DNA of 64,000 nucleotides from contig CAVZQN010000008.1 in assembly GCA_963777505.1 (NCBI GenBank), positions 79,910 through 143,909 on the forward strand. The letters run 5' to 3'. This DNA is from an uncultured bacterium (GTDB taxonomy: Bacteria > Acidobacteriota > HRBIN11 > JAKEFK01). Shown here piece after piece: positions 20,070 to 30,937 of the stretch (position 1 is the stretch's first letter; each line of letters opens with the position of its first letter). The notes under the pieces were generated by a model, which had not been told where the DNA came from, searched no databases, and worked only from the letters and a program-made list of their open reading frames with translations. The position numbers were made by a program, and so were the translations under genes.

Positions 20070-21266
20070 ATGGAACTGTTTGACGATCTGCCGGAAATGC
20101 CCGGTCATCTGTCAAGCGTAAAAATTTCACTGGAGGATGAAGGATTGCAAGGCGCACGCATAAAAGTTGTTGGAATCGGGGGCGGAGGCGGGAATGCAAT
20201 TAATCGCATGGTTGAAATGGGCCTGAAGGGTGCAGAGTTCATTTCTATCAATACCGATCTTCAAGCACTTCAATCGTCACAAGCACCTGTGCGGCTTCAA
20301 ATTGGCGCAGGCCTGACAAAAGGTCTTGGCGCCGGTGCAAATCCTGAAATCGGAAGACAAGCAGCTCTTGAAGATGCAAGCAAAATTCTGGAACTGCTTG
20401 ATGGAGCCGATATGATTTTCCTTACTGCAGGCATGGGCGGCGGAACCGGAACAGGTGCAGCTCCTGTGATTGCAAGTTTGGCAAATGAAATCGGAGCGCT
20501 AACAGTAGCGGTTGTAACAAAACCATTTAGTTTTGAAGGAAAACGTCGCGCGCAGCATGCAGAGCTGGGTTTGAAAGAATTGCGAAGCTGCATCGACACG
20601 ATCGTTGTCATTCCAAATGATCGTTTACTTGAAACTGTGGAAAAAAATACGCCGTTTACAAAAGCGTTTTTAATTGCCGATGATGTTTTGCGGCAAGGTG
20701 TGCAAAGTATTTCGGAATTGATCCTGTTGCCTGGCCTTGTGAATTTGGATTTTGCAGATGTGAAGACAATCATGAAAGGCATGGGCAAAGCCGTAATGGG
20801 AACAGGAGTTAGCAGCGGCGAAACACGCGCTGTTGATGCTGCTAAACGCGCGATTAACAGTCCATTGCTTGAAGAAGCTTCTATGGATGGAGCACGCGGC
20901 ATTCTGATTAACATCACTGCCGGCGAAACTCTGACAATTCATGAAGTGAATCAGGCATGTCAGTTGATTCGTGAGAATGCAGATCCATCTGCTGAAATCA
21001 TTTTCGGAGCTACGATCGATTCAACAATGAAAGATGACGTCAAGATTACTGTCATCGCCACCGGCTTCGATCATGTTTCGGAAAAAGCGATGCCATCATT
21101 GAGCGTTACTCGAAATGACGTACAGGGTGTTGCTCAACAGCCACCTCAGGAAAATGTTTCCTTTTATCGCAAAGCGGCTGGATCGCAAACTCCACAATCA
21201 GGCACATTTCCGTTCAGCGAAGATCGCGACGATTTGGATATTCCGACATTCAAACGAAAATCCTAA
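20070..21266 (+). CDS. ftsZ: cell division GTPase FtsZ
   Basis: [11 protein letters not shown] tubulin signature. GGAGGTGATT lies immediately upstream of the ATG at 20070. The ORF track begins at 20037. Confidence 0.9.
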   Translation: MELFDDLPEMPGHLSSVKISLEDEGLQGARIKVVGIGGGGGNAINRMVEMGLKGAEFISINTDLQALQSSQAPVRLQIGAGLTKGLGAGANPEIGRQAALEDASKILELLDGADMIFLTAGMGGGTGTGAAPVIASLANEIGALTVAVVTKPFSFEGKRRAQHAELGLKELRSCIDTIVVIPNDRLLETVEKNTPFTKAFLIADDVLRQGVQSISELILLPGLVNLDFADVKTIMKGMGKAVMGTGVSSGETRAVDAAKRAINSPLLEEASMDGARGILINITAGETLTIHEVNQACQLIRENADPSAEIIFGATIDSTMKDDVKITVIATGFDHVSEKAMPSLSVTRNDVQGVAQQPPQENVSFYRKAAGSQTPQSGTFPFSEDRDDLDIPTFKRKS

Positions 21267-21278
21267 AGGGCGAAGACT

Positions 21279-21322
21279 AACCGCGGAGTCGCAGAGTTTC
21301 CGAACTTAGCGTCTCTGCGGTT
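21279..21322. terminator. stem-loop after ftsZ, between convergent genes
   Basis: CGCAGAG (21290-21296) pairs with CTCTGCG (21313-21319). There is an extended imperfect stem AACCGCGGAG/CTCTGCGGTT. Confidence 0.4.
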
Positions 21323-21326
21323 CCAT

Positions 21327-21803
21327 TCATTCAGTTCGTGTGAAGTCCATTGTCCAATTTGTTTCCCAGTTCTTGCCTCCATCCGCTGAAAAAGCTTGCT
21401 CCCAGTGGCAAGAGTTTGGCGTAATATCTGACCATATAAATCGAACGTAGATCGCTTTGCCTTCAAAGAATTCCTGATCGTAAAATTCTCCACGTCCGTT
21501 TTTGAATTCACCGATCACCGGCACCTCTAGAGTGCCAGAGGCTGCGTTCGCCCAATAAAGACTCCATTGCTCCGTTTTGGGATTAAACAGACGCACCGTC
21601 ATTCCCTGGATTCGGCCAGACGGAGTCTCAGCTTGATATTCATCGACGTTCGCCAAACCACCCCAGATGGCTCTTACTACTACTGAGCCCTTAAACGCAT
21701 CCCAGTCTGTGGATCCTTTGAGACGCTCTTTCAATTTCATGTTGTGAACTTCCCAGGATCCGATCAAAAAATCAAAATCTTTTCGTGGATCGTGATCAGC
21801 CAT
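21327..21803 (-). CDS. DUF1579-like lipocalin-fold hypothetical protein
   Basis: AAGGAG lies 7 nt before the ATG at 21803, giving MADHDPRKDFDFLIGSWEV.... The ORF track starts 25 codons further upstream. Confidence 0.5.
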   Translation of the reverse strand: MADHDPRKDFDFLIGSWEVHNMKLKERLKGSTDWDAFKGSVVVRAIWGGLANVDEYQAETPSGRIQGMTVRLFNPKTEQWSLYWANAASGTLEVPVIGEFKNGRGEFYDQEFFEGKAIYVRFIWSDITPNSCHWEQAFSADGGKNWETNWTMDFTRTE

Positions 21804-21959
21804 TTCTGTCTCCTTAAAGCAAAAGATCTTATTGGGTGATTGGTGTTCCGACAATGACCAATTTTGAAATTCTTTCAATAACCATTTTTTTCATAGGTCG
21901 AACTCCAAACCGGTTGGAGACTTTGCTGGTGGTGAATTTGTGGATTATTGACTGATGAC

Positions 21960-23039
21960 CTATTGGCTGCGCATCAGTTCGGCTGCAATTTCCGGAGGGA
22001 CTGGATTGATCATGTAACCGGATCCTGCACTGAAGCTGCGATGGAACCCTTTCAATCTTGGAAATCTAGGAAAAAACTTGAAGTGCCAATGATAATCATC
22101 ATCAATTGTTGCCCAGTAATCGCGTTCTCCGCCCCAGACCCGATTCGGGCGTGTAAACAACAGCAAGCTGTATGATAAATTTCCCACATTCGATTTTATT
22201 GTTCGAAGATTTGTCTGAAGAGCGTCTGCAAGTTCACCTGCCAGCGAAGGATTCAAGTTTCTAAAATCGGAATTATGCTGACGCGGAAGAATCCACGTTT
22301 CAAACGGATGGGAAGCAAAAAACGGACTGAGTGTTACGAAGTTTTCGGATTGCCGAACCCATCCTGAAGATTGTTTGCGTCGTGTTTCTTCCGTAATGAT
22401 GTCACAGAAAAGGCAACGTTCCTTCATTTGAAAATGTCTTCGCGTGGATTCGAGTTCTCTCCGGATTCGCTCAGGAACCGAAGGTGACGCTGTCAATGTT
22501 GAATGAGGATGGGCCATAGTGCTGTTCGAGTTTGGTCCATAATTTTTGTAAATGTACAAATGTCCAAACCGTCCATCTTTGCTCAGATCCTTCATCCGTT
22601 CCAGATAGACACGTACGATGTCAGCAACTTCCGAAGAATTCAATTCATCCCAGTCTGCATGTGTTCGATGCTCAATAATAATTTCATGTGCGCCTACGGC
22701 ATCCATAACGTCGTACATGGAAACTAACCTGCGGTTCAAATTACCTTCGATTCGAAAAACAGGATCACGGTTTGGAATGACTCGGATATTCCAATCGGTT
22801 GAAGCGCTGCCAAACTGATACTTTCCATTCACAAATTCCATAATGGATTGTTCAGTTGTTGATTCCTTACCGGGACAAAAATCACAGGGGGTATCAGATT
22901 TTTTCTTAGATTCATATTCACGATCCACAGCTTCCTTAATCCTGCGAATCGTATCCTGTGGTTCTGCAACGACGTTTACTATGACCCATTTGCGTGTAAC
23001 TGGATCCCTTCGCATTTGTTTCATTTGTTTTTTGTCCAA
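21960..23039 (-). CDS. galactose-1-phosphate uridylyltransferase family protein (GalT-like, HIT superfamily)
   Basis: N-terminal CDFCPG zinc knuckle, a HPH(S) active-site motif in place of HPHGQ, and ERCLFCDII plus SHPFETWILPRQH motifs in the second half. Confidence 0.6.
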   Translation of the reverse strand: MDKKQMKQMRRDPVTRKWVIVNVVAEPQDTIRRIKEAVDREYESKKKSDTPCDFCPGKESTTEQSIMEFVNGKYQFGSASTDWNIRVIPNRDPVFRIEGNLNRRLVSMYDVMDAVGAHEIIIEHRTHADWDELNSSEVADIVRVYLERMKDLSKDGRFGHLYIYKNYGPNSNSTMAHPHSTLTASPSVPERIRRELESTRRHFQMKERCLFCDIITEETRRKQSSGWVRQSENFVTLSPFFASHPFETWILPRQHNSDFRNLNPSLAGELADALQTNLRTIKSNVGNLSYSLLLFTRPNRVWGGERDYWATIDDDYHWHFKFFPRFPRLKGFHRSFSAGSGYMINPVPPEIAAELMRSQ

Positions 23040-23048
23040 CTGTAGGGG

Positions 23049-23720
23049 CTATTTCAGTGCAGGATCCGGAAACCCGGCTTCATTGAAGCCTTTGATCCTG
23101 ATCACGCAACTATCACATTGACCGCAAGCTTTTCCAGATTCATCAGGATCATAACAACTATGAGTATCAGAATAATCAACACCCAGTGCAACGCCTTTCT
23201 GTATTATTTGCGACTTGGTAAGCTTCAATAATGGCGCGTGAATTCGGAACTTCTGGCCTTCAACCCCTGCTTTAGTTCCGCGATTCAAAGTCTGTTCCAA
23301 AGACTCTATAAATTCCGGGCGGCAATCAGGATAACCGCTGTAATCCAGAATATTTGCGCCATAAAATAAATCGAAAGCGCCTTTGGTCTCCCCTATTGCC
23401 GCAGCAATAGACAAGAAAATCAAATTACGTCCTGGAACGTATGTTACAGGAATCACTTCTTTATCGGATCTTTGTTTTGGAACAACAAGTTCGGATGTAA
23501 GTGCCGAACCTCCGATTTGACGCAAATCGATTTGAAAATAAACGTGCTCTTTAACCCGAAACTGCGTGATAACCTTCTTTGCCTTTTCGAGCTCAACTCG
23601 ATGCCGCTGGCCATAATCAAAACTTAAAGCAAAAACATCTGAAAATTCACGCAAAGCGATGGCTAAAACGGTAGTGGAGTCAATTCCACCGCTGAATAAA
23701 ACGAGGCCGGCGGATGCCAT
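23049..23720 (-). CDS. queC: 7-cyano-7-deazaguanine synthase QueC
   Basis: PP-loop SGGIDST and a C-terminal Zn-binding CGQCDSC cluster. Confidence 0.9.
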   Translation of the reverse strand: MASAGLVLFSGGIDSTTVLAIALREFSDVFALSFDYGQRHRVELEKAKKVITQFRVKEHVYFQIDLRQIGGSALTSELVVPKQRSDKEVIPVTYVPGRNLIFLSIAAAIGETKGAFDLFYGANILDYSGYPDCRPEFIESLEQTLNRGTKAGVEGQKFRIHAPLLKLTKSQIIQKGVALGVDYSDTHSCYDPDESGKACGQCDSCVIRIKGFNEAGFPDPALK

Positions 23721-23737
23721 TTATGAAACAGGAAAAC

Positions 23738-24094
23738 CTATTGAACTCTCTTCATATAAGCGTAATACCAATTGTCTCCGGAACGGACTCTGATACGAAG
23801 GAATTCCTGATTCGCAATTCGGGTAATTTGAACTTGCGGGCTTGAGGAAGTCCCACGAGCGGGAATTACGATTGCTAGATCCTTTGCTACGACCTGTCCA
23901 TCTTTGCTGAGTTGAATAGTGGATCCATCAGCTCCGTCAACAATTTGAACGTTATAGAGGCCAGGTTCGACTGTAGTTCCAGCAAAATCTACACGCTCCC
24001 TGATCCGATAATTCCCAACATCAGCTGAAAAAACACTGAATGCAGAGACACTCAATACGAATAGGGTTAGGACAGCAATTTTTCCAATCTTCAT
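23738..24094 (-). CDS. small secreted hypothetical protein
   Basis: Signal peptide MKIGKIAVLTLFVLSVSAFSVFSA. Co-directional with fmt and queC. Confidence 0.45.
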   Translation of the reverse strand: MKIGKIAVLTLFVLSVSAFSVFSADVGNYRIRERVDFAGTTVEPGLYNVQIVDGADGSTIQLSKDGQVVAKDLAIVIPARGTSSSPQVQITRIANQEFLRIRVRSGDNWYYAYMKRVQ

Positions 24095-24135
24095 ATAGCA
24101 ACCCTCCTGCAAACTAAACTAGGATTTTTCTGGGA

Positions 24136-24546
24136 TTATTCAAATACCGGCGCGTTGTAGTCTATATTCTGAACCCAGTTATAGACGTAAAAAGGTGTGG
24201 TTATTGGAACAACATAATCAATTTTAACCCGAAGATTATGGTAGTTTTCGGCGTAAGTCTTCGCCGCATGAACATCTTCAACTTCTATATCTAATTCATT
24301 GTCATGCGCTACGTCGACTATATCTGACTTCAATTGGTCTAAGTTTCTTCCGTGAAGAAATTTACATTCTTCTCGAACTGCATCCTCAAATGAATAAACC
24401 CGAATCATTACAGGAATGATCGTCCACGCCAGATAAAGCACTACCAGAAAGACGGCAAACCCGAAGATAGCACCAGCTTTTCCCTCGCCCTTTTGATTCA
24501 ATGACATGCCCCGTGAGCCTCCTCTTATCAGAGTTCGAAACATCAT
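24136..24546 (-). CDS. membrane-anchored hypothetical protein
   Basis: 136 aa with a single TM segment (AIFGFAVFLVVLYLAWTIIPVMI). Confidence 0.4.
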   Translation of the reverse strand: MMFRTLIRGGSRGMSLNQKGEGKAGAIFGFAVFLVVLYLAWTIIPVMIRVYSFEDAVREECKFLHGRNLDQLKSDIVDVAHDNELDIEVEDVHAAKTYAENYHNLRVKIDYVVPITTPFYVYNWVQNIDYNAPVFE

Positions 24547-24595
24547 AATCTTAGGGCTAAGTGATTGTCAAGAAAGGGTTAATTCTTTAGAAAGG

Positions 24596-25528
24596 CTACG
24601 AAAACGATTTCCCCTCTTGAACTCGATGGCCAATCGCAAAATCATGGGCAGTCATTCGAGGCCGATTTTCGGGCTGCACTTCCAAAACTTCAAGGACAGT
24701 TCCTTCCCCAGCGGCTACATAAATCGCGTCCTTCGTTAGACTGAGAATATTGCCTGGGGTTTGGTTTGTTGTTTCTCCAGAATCGCGGGTCGCCCAAAAC
24801 TTCAGTCCCATATTTTCCAGTCTCGTAAAGGTTCCAGGCCACGGATTAAAGGCGCGAACTTGCCTCGAAATCCAGGCTGCGGTTTTGGTCCAGTTCACAC
24901 GTCCGTCTTCCTTTTTGAGTTTAGGCGCATACGTCACTGCCGAAACGTCTTGCGGCATCGGGACAATTTCATTTTTCTCAATCAAGTTTAGAGTTTTTGT
25001 CAGAAGTGGTGCCCCAAGCTTCCCCAATTTTTGTGAAAGTGTTTCCGAAGTATCAAGAGAATCGATTTCACAAGTTTGTGTTAGATAAATAGGACCGGAG
25101 TCCATTGCAAGATCAACTTGCATTGTCGTTAGACCAGTTTCATTTTCACCGTTTAATATTGCCCACGGAATCGGCGCAGCCCCACGATATTTTGGAAGCA
25201 AAGAGGCATGAAGATTTACAGCACCTTTAGGGGCCAATTCAAGAACGTTGCGTCTCAAAATTTCTCCATACGCGACAACCACAAGAATGTCTGGCTTTAA
25301 TGCAGTCATTTGATCGACAAATTCCTGAGTCTTTGTTGTTGAAGGCTGATAAACAGGAATACTGAATGACTCTGCAGTTACTTTAATTGGAGGTGCCTGC
25401 ACTTTCAGATTTCTGCCAACAGGACGATCCGGTTGAGTAACCACTGCAAGTATTTCGTGATTCGAATGATGAATTGCTTCAAGACTCGGCACGGCAAATG
25501 AAGGCGATCCCATAAAAATGATGCGCAT
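24596..25528 (-). CDS. fmt: methionyl-tRNA formyltransferase
   Basis: MRIIFMGSPSFAVPSLEAI N-terminus and formyltransferase fold length. Confidence 0.9.
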   Translation of the reverse strand: MRIIFMGSPSFAVPSLEAIHHSNHEILAVVTQPDRPVGRNLKVQAPPIKVTAESFSIPVYQPSTTKTQEFVDQMTALKPDILVVVAYGEILRRNVLELAPKGAVNLHASLLPKYRGAAPIPWAILNGENETGLTTMQVDLAMDSGPIYLTQTCEIDSLDTSETLSQKLGKLGAPLLTKTLNLIEKNEIVPMPQDVSAVTYAPKLKKEDGRVNWTKTAAWISRQVRAFNPWPGTFTRLENMGLKFWATRDSGETTNQTPGNILSLTKDAIYVAAGEGTVLEVLEVQPENRPRMTAHDFAIGHRVQEGKSFS

Positions 25529-25558
25529 TTAATCTATCTCACAGACAAAAGTTAAATT

Positions 25559-26377
25559 CTATGGTTTTTCCCGGCGGGATTGAATGATAGCTTCAATCGT
25601 CTTATAAGCGCGTTGTTGATGAGAATCCTCTAATATTTCGCGAACACGCGGAAAGTCAGCCACAATACTTTCAAAGTCCGTCAGCGATAGCTCCAATAAA
25701 TCGGAAGGGAAATTCGTGATGATAGTTGCAGTCCGCGGTTTTCCTGTAAGCAAAGAAACTTCACCAAAAAATTCACCTTCACCAAGATTTGCAAGAGTAA
25801 TCTGCTTACCAGTGGCATCGGATGTATTAACCCGAATTTCACCATTTACAATAATAAACATTGACTCGCCTGGATCTCCTTCTGATACGACGATGCTTTC
25901 TTCTTCGTAATGTCTAAGAGTGAGATGGGAAACTACTTTCCGGAATTCATCCCTTGAAAGACCACGAAACAAAACTGTATCAATTGCCAAAAAAGGAACA
26001 GCATCCGCTTTTTCCTGATCAACTTCTTCGTTCGCATCTAACTCCAACACTGCTGGACCTCTTTTGTCCGATAGTTCCATTAAGTAATATTCAATTTCGG
26101 TCATCGTTGGACGGATGCGCAGAATTTTTTTATAAACAGCGATCGCTTTTGCGATCGAGCCGGTTTCGGTATACTGTGCCGCTAAATCACGATATTCCTG
26201 AATCGCTTCATCTGAGCGATTCGCTTGGAGATAAGCATCAGCAAGGGCGTGTCGTAAATTTACATTCTTAGGCTGATTGACGATTCGATCACGATAGATC
26301 GCAATTGCACGATCAAATTCTTTTAGAGCCAGGAAGTGCTCGGGCTCGTCAGAATCCTTCTTTTTCCCCGGTACCAT
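25559..26377 (-). CDS. TPR repeat plus cyclic-nucleotide-binding domain protein (no DNA-binding domain)
   Basis: N-terminal TPR-like helices. The C-terminal cNMP-binding pattern FFGEVSLLTGKPRTATI is present. Confidence 0.6.
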   Translation of the reverse strand: MVPGKKKDSDEPEHFLALKEFDRAIAIYRDRIVNQPKNVNLRHALADAYLQANRSDEAIQEYRDLAAQYTETGSIAKAIAVYKKILRIRPTMTEIEYYLMELSDKRGPAVLELDANEEVDQEKADAVPFLAIDTVLFRGLSRDEFRKVVSHLTLRHYEEESIVVSEGDPGESMFIIVNGEIRVNTSDATGKQITLANLGEGEFFGEVSLLTGKPRTATIITNFPSDLLELSLTDFESIVADFPRVREILEDSHQQRAYKTIEAIIQSRREKP

Positions 26378-26387
26378 CCCTCGTCAA

Positions 26388-26897
26388 CTACTCCGATTGG
26401 CCAGTTTGGGAAGACAAAAGGTCAGCTAAATCATTTTCGACGCTGACTTTAGGAGTCTCCACAATTCTCCCCACTTCTTTTCCATTCAAAAATACAATAA
26501 AAGTCGGAACACTTACAATATTTAGTCCATGAATCAAATCAGCAGGTTCCTTTTTCTTACGATCGACATTGATATAAACAACCTCAATCGCTTTATTGTC
26601 CGCAAATTCCATTGTCTTTATGAAAGCAGGCACATGCTTTTTGCTGTCTTTGCACCAATCACCAAAAATTACTTTTACTTCAACAGGTTGTGAACATTTA
26701 TAGATCGCCTCAAGATCATCTGGTTTCGGAACATATTCAACATAGTTATGGTTATAAATGGTTCGGCCTGACAAAATCTCTTGCTTTGATATGATCCCAA
26801 GCCGAAGTGAATTATGATCGTCGCTTTTTTCTTCAATTGACATTGCAAAAACCGGCCAAAATATAAACAGGAAAATTAGAAACTTCATTAAGTCCAC
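26388..26897 (-). CDS. secreted thioredoxin-fold protein (single-Cys WCKDS motif)
   Basis: Signal peptide. FGDWCKDSKKHVPAF resembles a TlpA/redoxin active-site region but has only one Cys. Confidence 0.4.
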   Translation of the reverse strand: MDLMKFLIFLFIFWPVFAMSIEEKSDDHNSLRLGIISKQEILSGRTIYNHNYVEYVPKPDDLEAIYKCSQPVEVKVIFGDWCKDSKKHVPAFIKTMEFADNKAIEVVYINVDRKKKEPADLIHGLNIVSVPTFIVFLNGKEVGRIVETPKVSVENDLADLLSSQTGQSE

Positions 26898-26987
26898 CCT
26901 GTTACTAATATATAAGTTTCATAATCAGATGCAGCAACTTATGCTATCATACAATCAAAGTTCGGACAGCCTATGCGATAAAAACAA

Positions 26988-27866
26988 ATGGAGCAATTCA
27001 CGATCCGCCACGCTTCAAAACTACTTGGGATATCACCACGGCGGCTTCGTCATTGGGAGAAGATTCAGTTTATTCCGCGATCCATTAATTCGGAAAAAGG
27101 TAACTTCTACTCATTCCAGGATTTAATCAGTTTAAAAGCCGCTAAAGAACTGATTTCGGGTGGAATCTCACTACAACAAGTTACACGTTCGCTTGATTTA
27201 ATTAAAAAGCGTTTTCCAGAAATAAAAACACTGAGCCAGCTAAAATTCTTTTCACAGAACAATAACCTCTGGATGCGATATAACGGCCTGTCATTTGATC
27301 CAGTCAATGGACAACTGTTGATGAATTTTGAAAATGAAGCTCCTCAAGAACCGGCGAGCTTCAAAGCTCCAAAAAAAGAAAAGACTCACCTTTATTGGTT
27401 TGAATATGGATTGCGTTGCGACATCGAAGGGAAATGGGAAATAGCAGTAAAAGCATATAGAAAGGCACTTCAACTCAATCCCACGCTCGCTGATTGTTGG
27501 AACAACCTGGCGACAATCTACTATCGAGTTGGAAAAAAGAAAAAGGCAATCCGTTTTTATCTGAATGCTTTAAAAATTAATCCATCTTACAAGCTGGCCT
27601 ATTACAATCTTGGAAATATTTTCGAGGAAATACGAAAACTCCGGCTTGCAATCAAAATGTACTTAAAGGCGATTGAGTTGGATCCTGAATACTATGATGC
27701 TCATTACAATCTTGCACTTGTATACGACAAAGTGAAATCGTATCCAGAGGCTTGTCATCATTGGGAACGCTATCTGAAATATGATTCATCCAGCCGTTGG
27801 GCCCGTTATGCGCGGGACAGAGTCCTTGAAATCAATAAAATCATCTCCCTTCAAAAAGAGAAGTAA
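26988..27866 (+). CDS. MerR-type HTH plus TPR repeat protein
   Basis: The N-terminus IRHASKLLGISPRRLRHWEK is a MerR-like HTH. The C-terminal half has repeated TPR consensus (AYYNLGNIF..., AHYNLALVY...). Confidence 0.55.
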   Translation: MEQFTIRHASKLLGISPRRLRHWEKIQFIPRSINSEKGNFYSFQDLISLKAAKELISGGISLQQVTRSLDLIKKRFPEIKTLSQLKFFSQNNNLWMRYNGLSFDPVNGQLLMNFENEAPQEPASFKAPKKEKTHLYWFEYGLRCDIEGKWEIAVKAYRKALQLNPTLADCWNNLATIYYRVGKKKKAIRFYLNALKINPSYKLAYYNLGNIFEEIRKLRLAIKMYLKAIELDPEYYDAHYNLALVYDKVKSYPEACHHWERYLKYDSSSRWARYARDRVLEINKIISLQKEK

Positions 27867-27875
27867 TGCGCCCGA

Positions 27876-27907
27876 GCTCCCCTGCTCCTCCGCTCCCCTG
27901 CTCCTCC
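27876..27907. repeat. 16-nt tandem repeat GCTCCCCTGCTCCTCC x2 in a pyrimidine-rich leader
   Basis: Two exact tandem copies read directly, followed by a partial third copy. Confidence 0.6.
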
Positions 27908-27946
27908 GCCCCTGCGTCTGCTACTACGTCTATACTTTATTCACCA

Positions 27947-29026
27947 ATGAGACGCTTCATCGCTGACACCCACTCTGACACCCTCACCTGGATGATCGAT
28001 CAGGGTTGGGGATTGGATGATGATCGCCTTCAGGTAAGCCTCAACAAAATGCGAAAAGGTGGACACGATCTTCAGGTATTTGCATGCTTCATCAGTCCTG
28101 CAGTCGGAAAAGAACGGTATATCAGCAGGACTCTTCAAATGGTTGATCTCTTAAAGAGTGAAGTAAGAAAGCATCAAAAGAATATCGCGTTGTGTGATTC
28201 AATCGCCCAAATCCGTAAGGCACGGCGAAGTGGAAAGAAAATTGCGCTTCTTGGAATTGAAGGAGGTCATGCTATCCAGAATGATCTTTCGATTTTGCGT
28301 TGTTACAGAGACCTGGGTGTCATCTACATGACTCTTACCTGGAGCAATACAAATGATTGGGCGGATTCGTCTAACGATGAAGAACGCTGGGGAGGGCTAA
28401 CGGAGTTCGGGCACGAGGTTGTTCGTGAAATGAATCGGATCGGAATGATCGTAGATATTTCTCATGTCTCAGACAAAGCGTTCTGGCATGCGCTGGGCAC
28501 ATCCACCCGGCCAATGATTGCTTCGCATAGCTCGGTCCGGGCTTTATGCAATCATCAAAGGAATATGACAGACAAAATGATTCAAGCACTCGCAAAAAAA
28601 GGTGGGGTGGTGTTCATTAATTTTTATCCAGCATTCATAAGTCAGAATTTTACTCAAGCTTATGAAAAATTAAATGAACGTTTGGAAAATAAATTCGTAA
28701 AGATTCGGAAGCGTTACAAAGACAAACCTGAATTGTCCGGTTATGAAGAAGACCAAATCATTCATGCTCAAAAAAGCTCTCTACCGCCAGTTACAATGAA
28801 TGATGTCATTCGGCATATCGAACATGTTGTTAATATTGCAGGTGTTGAATCTGTTGGTCTTGGCTCTGATTTCGACGGAACACCTTTTATGCCGGCGGAT
28901 ATGCAAGATTGTACTTCCTTGCCGAAACTCTGCGATCAATTGCAAAAACGTAAGTTCAAGTCTTCAGAAATCGACAAAATTGCGAGCGGAAATTTTCTTC
29001 GCGTTTTTTCGGAAACGGTAGGATAA
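27947..29026 (+). CDS. membrane dipeptidase (peptidase family M19)
   Basis: Motifs DTHSDTL, GIEGGH, DISHVSD and GSDFDG. The ORF track starts at 27866, but the extension is a low-complexity P/S/A-rich artefact of the tandem repeat. Confidence 0.8.
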   Translation: MRRFIADTHSDTLTWMIDQGWGLDDDRLQVSLNKMRKGGHDLQVFACFISPAVGKERYISRTLQMVDLLKSEVRKHQKNIALCDSIAQIRKARRSGKKIALLGIEGGHAIQNDLSILRCYRDLGVIYMTLTWSNTNDWADSSNDEERWGGLTEFGHEVVREMNRIGMIVDISHVSDKAFWHALGTSTRPMIASHSSVRALCNHQRNMTDKMIQALAKKGGVVFINFYPAFISQNFTQAYEKLNERLENKFVKIRKRYKDKPELSGYEEDQIIHAQKSSLPPVTMNDVIRHIEHVVNIAGVESVGLGSDFDGTPFMPADMQDCTSLPKLCDQLQKRKFKSSEIDKIASGNFLRVFSETVG

Positions 29027-29037
29027 CCGCAAGCACG

Positions 29038-29400
29038 CTAAGGCTTCCAGTTAGTGATGGCTTCGTGGATGGCTTGTTCGGCAAGAACGCTGCAATGAAT
29101 TTTTTCGGGTGGCAATCCGCCCATCATTTCTGATAGCTGTTCGTTTGTGATTAGTAAAGCCTTCGAAATATCCATGCCAATCAACATCTCTGTAACGAAA
29201 GATCCTGAGGCGATAGCGGCGCCGCAGCCATAGACCTTGAATTTCGCATCACGGATCACATTATCTTCAATCAACATGTGAAGCTGAAGCATATCTCCAT
29301 CTGCCGAACTCCGGACCCGTGCCTTTGCAGTTGTGTTTTCAATTTCACCAACATTTCTTGGATTTTTTATGTGGTCCAATACTTCCCGCGAGTATCGCAT
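29038..29400 (-). CDS. NifU/IscU-like Fe-S scaffold homolog lacking the first conserved Cys
   Basis: 120 aa. YGCGAAIASG and LPPEKIHCSVLAEQAI match IscU Cys2 and Cys3. The position of the IscU GxPxCGD carries ADGD. Confidence 0.6.
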   Translation of the reverse strand: MRYSREVLDHIKNPRNVGEIENTTAKARVRSSADGDMLQLHMLIEDNVIRDAKFKVYGCGAAIASGSFVTEMLIGMDISKALLITNEQLSEMMGGLPPEKIHCSVLAEQAIHEAITNWKP

Positions 29401-29429
29401 GTGTGATCTTTGCGCCTTTGTGGTGAATC

Positions 29430-30935
29430 TTATTTGGCGGCGATAGCAGAACTTCCGATAAGCATTCCAGCAGATTCTTGCGAAAATTCAGCAAACGGTG
29501 ACCAATAAAGTCCCATCATGAATGTTAGAATCGCAAGTACAGTCAGAACGATCATTGAGAGACGCGGCAGCGTAAATTTTTCCTTCGAAGAACCATCTTC
29601 CAAAATCATCCGTTTAATCACGCCGCCATAGTATGCAAAGGATATAACGCTGTTGATTGCAGCCAGAATTACTAGCCAATAAAATTGCGCATGCCATGCA
29701 GCCATAAACAAATAAAGTTTGCCAATAAATCCGCCGAGCGCCGGAATTCCAGTCAATGAAAGCAAAAATATAGTAAAGACAGAAGCAGCAAATGGAGATC
29801 GCAGCATCAGCCCACGATATTCACTGAGTTCATCACTTTTCATTTTTGAAGAAACAGCAATAACAACAGCGAAAGCTCCTAAATTCATGACGAGGTAAAT
29901 CAAAGTATAAAAAAGGATTGATTGGATCCCGGCATCATTCAGAAGTACAAAGCCCATCATCATATAACCGACGTGTGCAATGGAAGAATATGCAAGCATC
30001 CGCTTCATGCTTGTTTGCCAAAGAGCGACAACATTTCCGACAGTCATCGTGATTGCAGCAATCAGTGCCATGAATGTTGGCCAATGGAAATTTCCAACAA
30101 TCTCATAGTCCGGCGCGCCTTGAGCAAACACTCCATAAAAGAATCGGATCATTAATGCGAAACCTGCAGCTTTTGGTCCGATCGAAAAGAAAGCTGTAAT
30201 GACAAGTGGCGAGCCTTGATAAACATCAGGACACCAGAAGTGAAACGGTACAGCTGCAATCTTGTATCCAATACCAACCAGCACAAGCGATACCATGATC
30301 AAAAGAAGTGCGGGATTTATATTTGTCGTAATAAGAGAGTCACGGATCTGGCTTAATTCATACGCCCCGGTGAGTCCATACAAATAGGAAAGACCAAACA
30401 ACATGACTGCCGTTGAGACAGAACCATAAATTACGAATTTCAGTGAAGCTTCGGCCGAAAGCCGATCTTCTTTTAGAAACCCTGACAATAAATAAGAAGG
30501 GATGCTAACAAGTTCTAGCGCCAGCCAGATCATCAGTAAATTATTTGCTGTAGCCAGCAGATTCATTCCGAGAACGGAAGCCAGGATCAAACAATAAAAT
30601 TCTCCGGCGTTATAGCGTTTGAGCTCATCAGAGTTCATCGCTAAAAGTACGACCAAAATCGTAGAGATCGCGAAAATAATTTTGAAGTAGATTCCAAAGT
30701 GATCCACTGTCATCATGCGGAAGAAAATAAAGTTTGGCGCCAGGTCGTATTGGTTGAATGCAGCAATCATCGAAGCCGCGACTCCAATGATGGAAATGAT
30801 TCCTAGCGTGACATAGCTGCTGCGTTTACTGAAAGTTTCGGCTATCAGAACGATCAAAAAGGCTGCGGAAAGAATTAATTCGGGAATGAAATATCGGAGA
30901 CTATTGTTGATTTCAAGAATTACAGAAGGTTGCAT
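29430..30935 (-). CDS. nuoN: NADH-quinone oxidoreductase antiporter-like subunit N (NuoN; could be an M-type paralog)
   Basis: WCPDVYQGSP and KRMLAYSSIAHVGYMM motifs. 14 TM segments, 501 aa. Confidence 0.75.
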   Translation of the reverse strand: MQPSVILEINNSLRYFIPELILSAAFLIVLIAETFSKRSSYVTLGIISIIGVAASMIAAFNQYDLAPNFIFFRMMTVDHFGIYFKIIFAISTILVVLLAMNSDELKRYNAGEFYCLILASVLGMNLLATANNLLMIWLALELVSIPSYLLSGFLKEDRLSAEASLKFVIYGSVSTAVMLFGLSYLYGLTGAYELSQIRDSLITTNINPALLLIMVSLVLVGIGYKIAAVPFHFWCPDVYQGSPLVITAFFSIGPKAAGFALMIRFFYGVFAQGAPDYEIVGNFHWPTFMALIAAITMTVGNVVALWQTSMKRMLAYSSIAHVGYMMMGFVLLNDAGIQSILFYTLIYLVMNLGAFAVVIAVSSKMKSDELSEYRGLMLRSPFAASVFTIFLLSLTGIPALGGFIGKLYLFMAAWHAQFYWLVILAAINSVISFAYYGGVIKRMILEDGSSKEKFTLPRLSMIVLTVLAILTFMMGLYWSPFAEFSQESAGMLIGSSAIAAK

Positions 30936-30937
30936 TT

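Noticed and set aside
20297-20942. Minus-strand ORFs 20297..20917 and 20670..20942 inside ftsZ
   Set aside because: They are antisense to the highly conserved ftsZ coding frame. Typical GC-skewed shadow ORFs.
27866-27946. N-terminal extension of the dipeptidase ORF (MRPSSPAPPLPCSSAPASATTS...)
   Set aside because: It is the translation of a pyrimidine-rich tandem repeat. The conserved M19 sequence starts at Met 27947.
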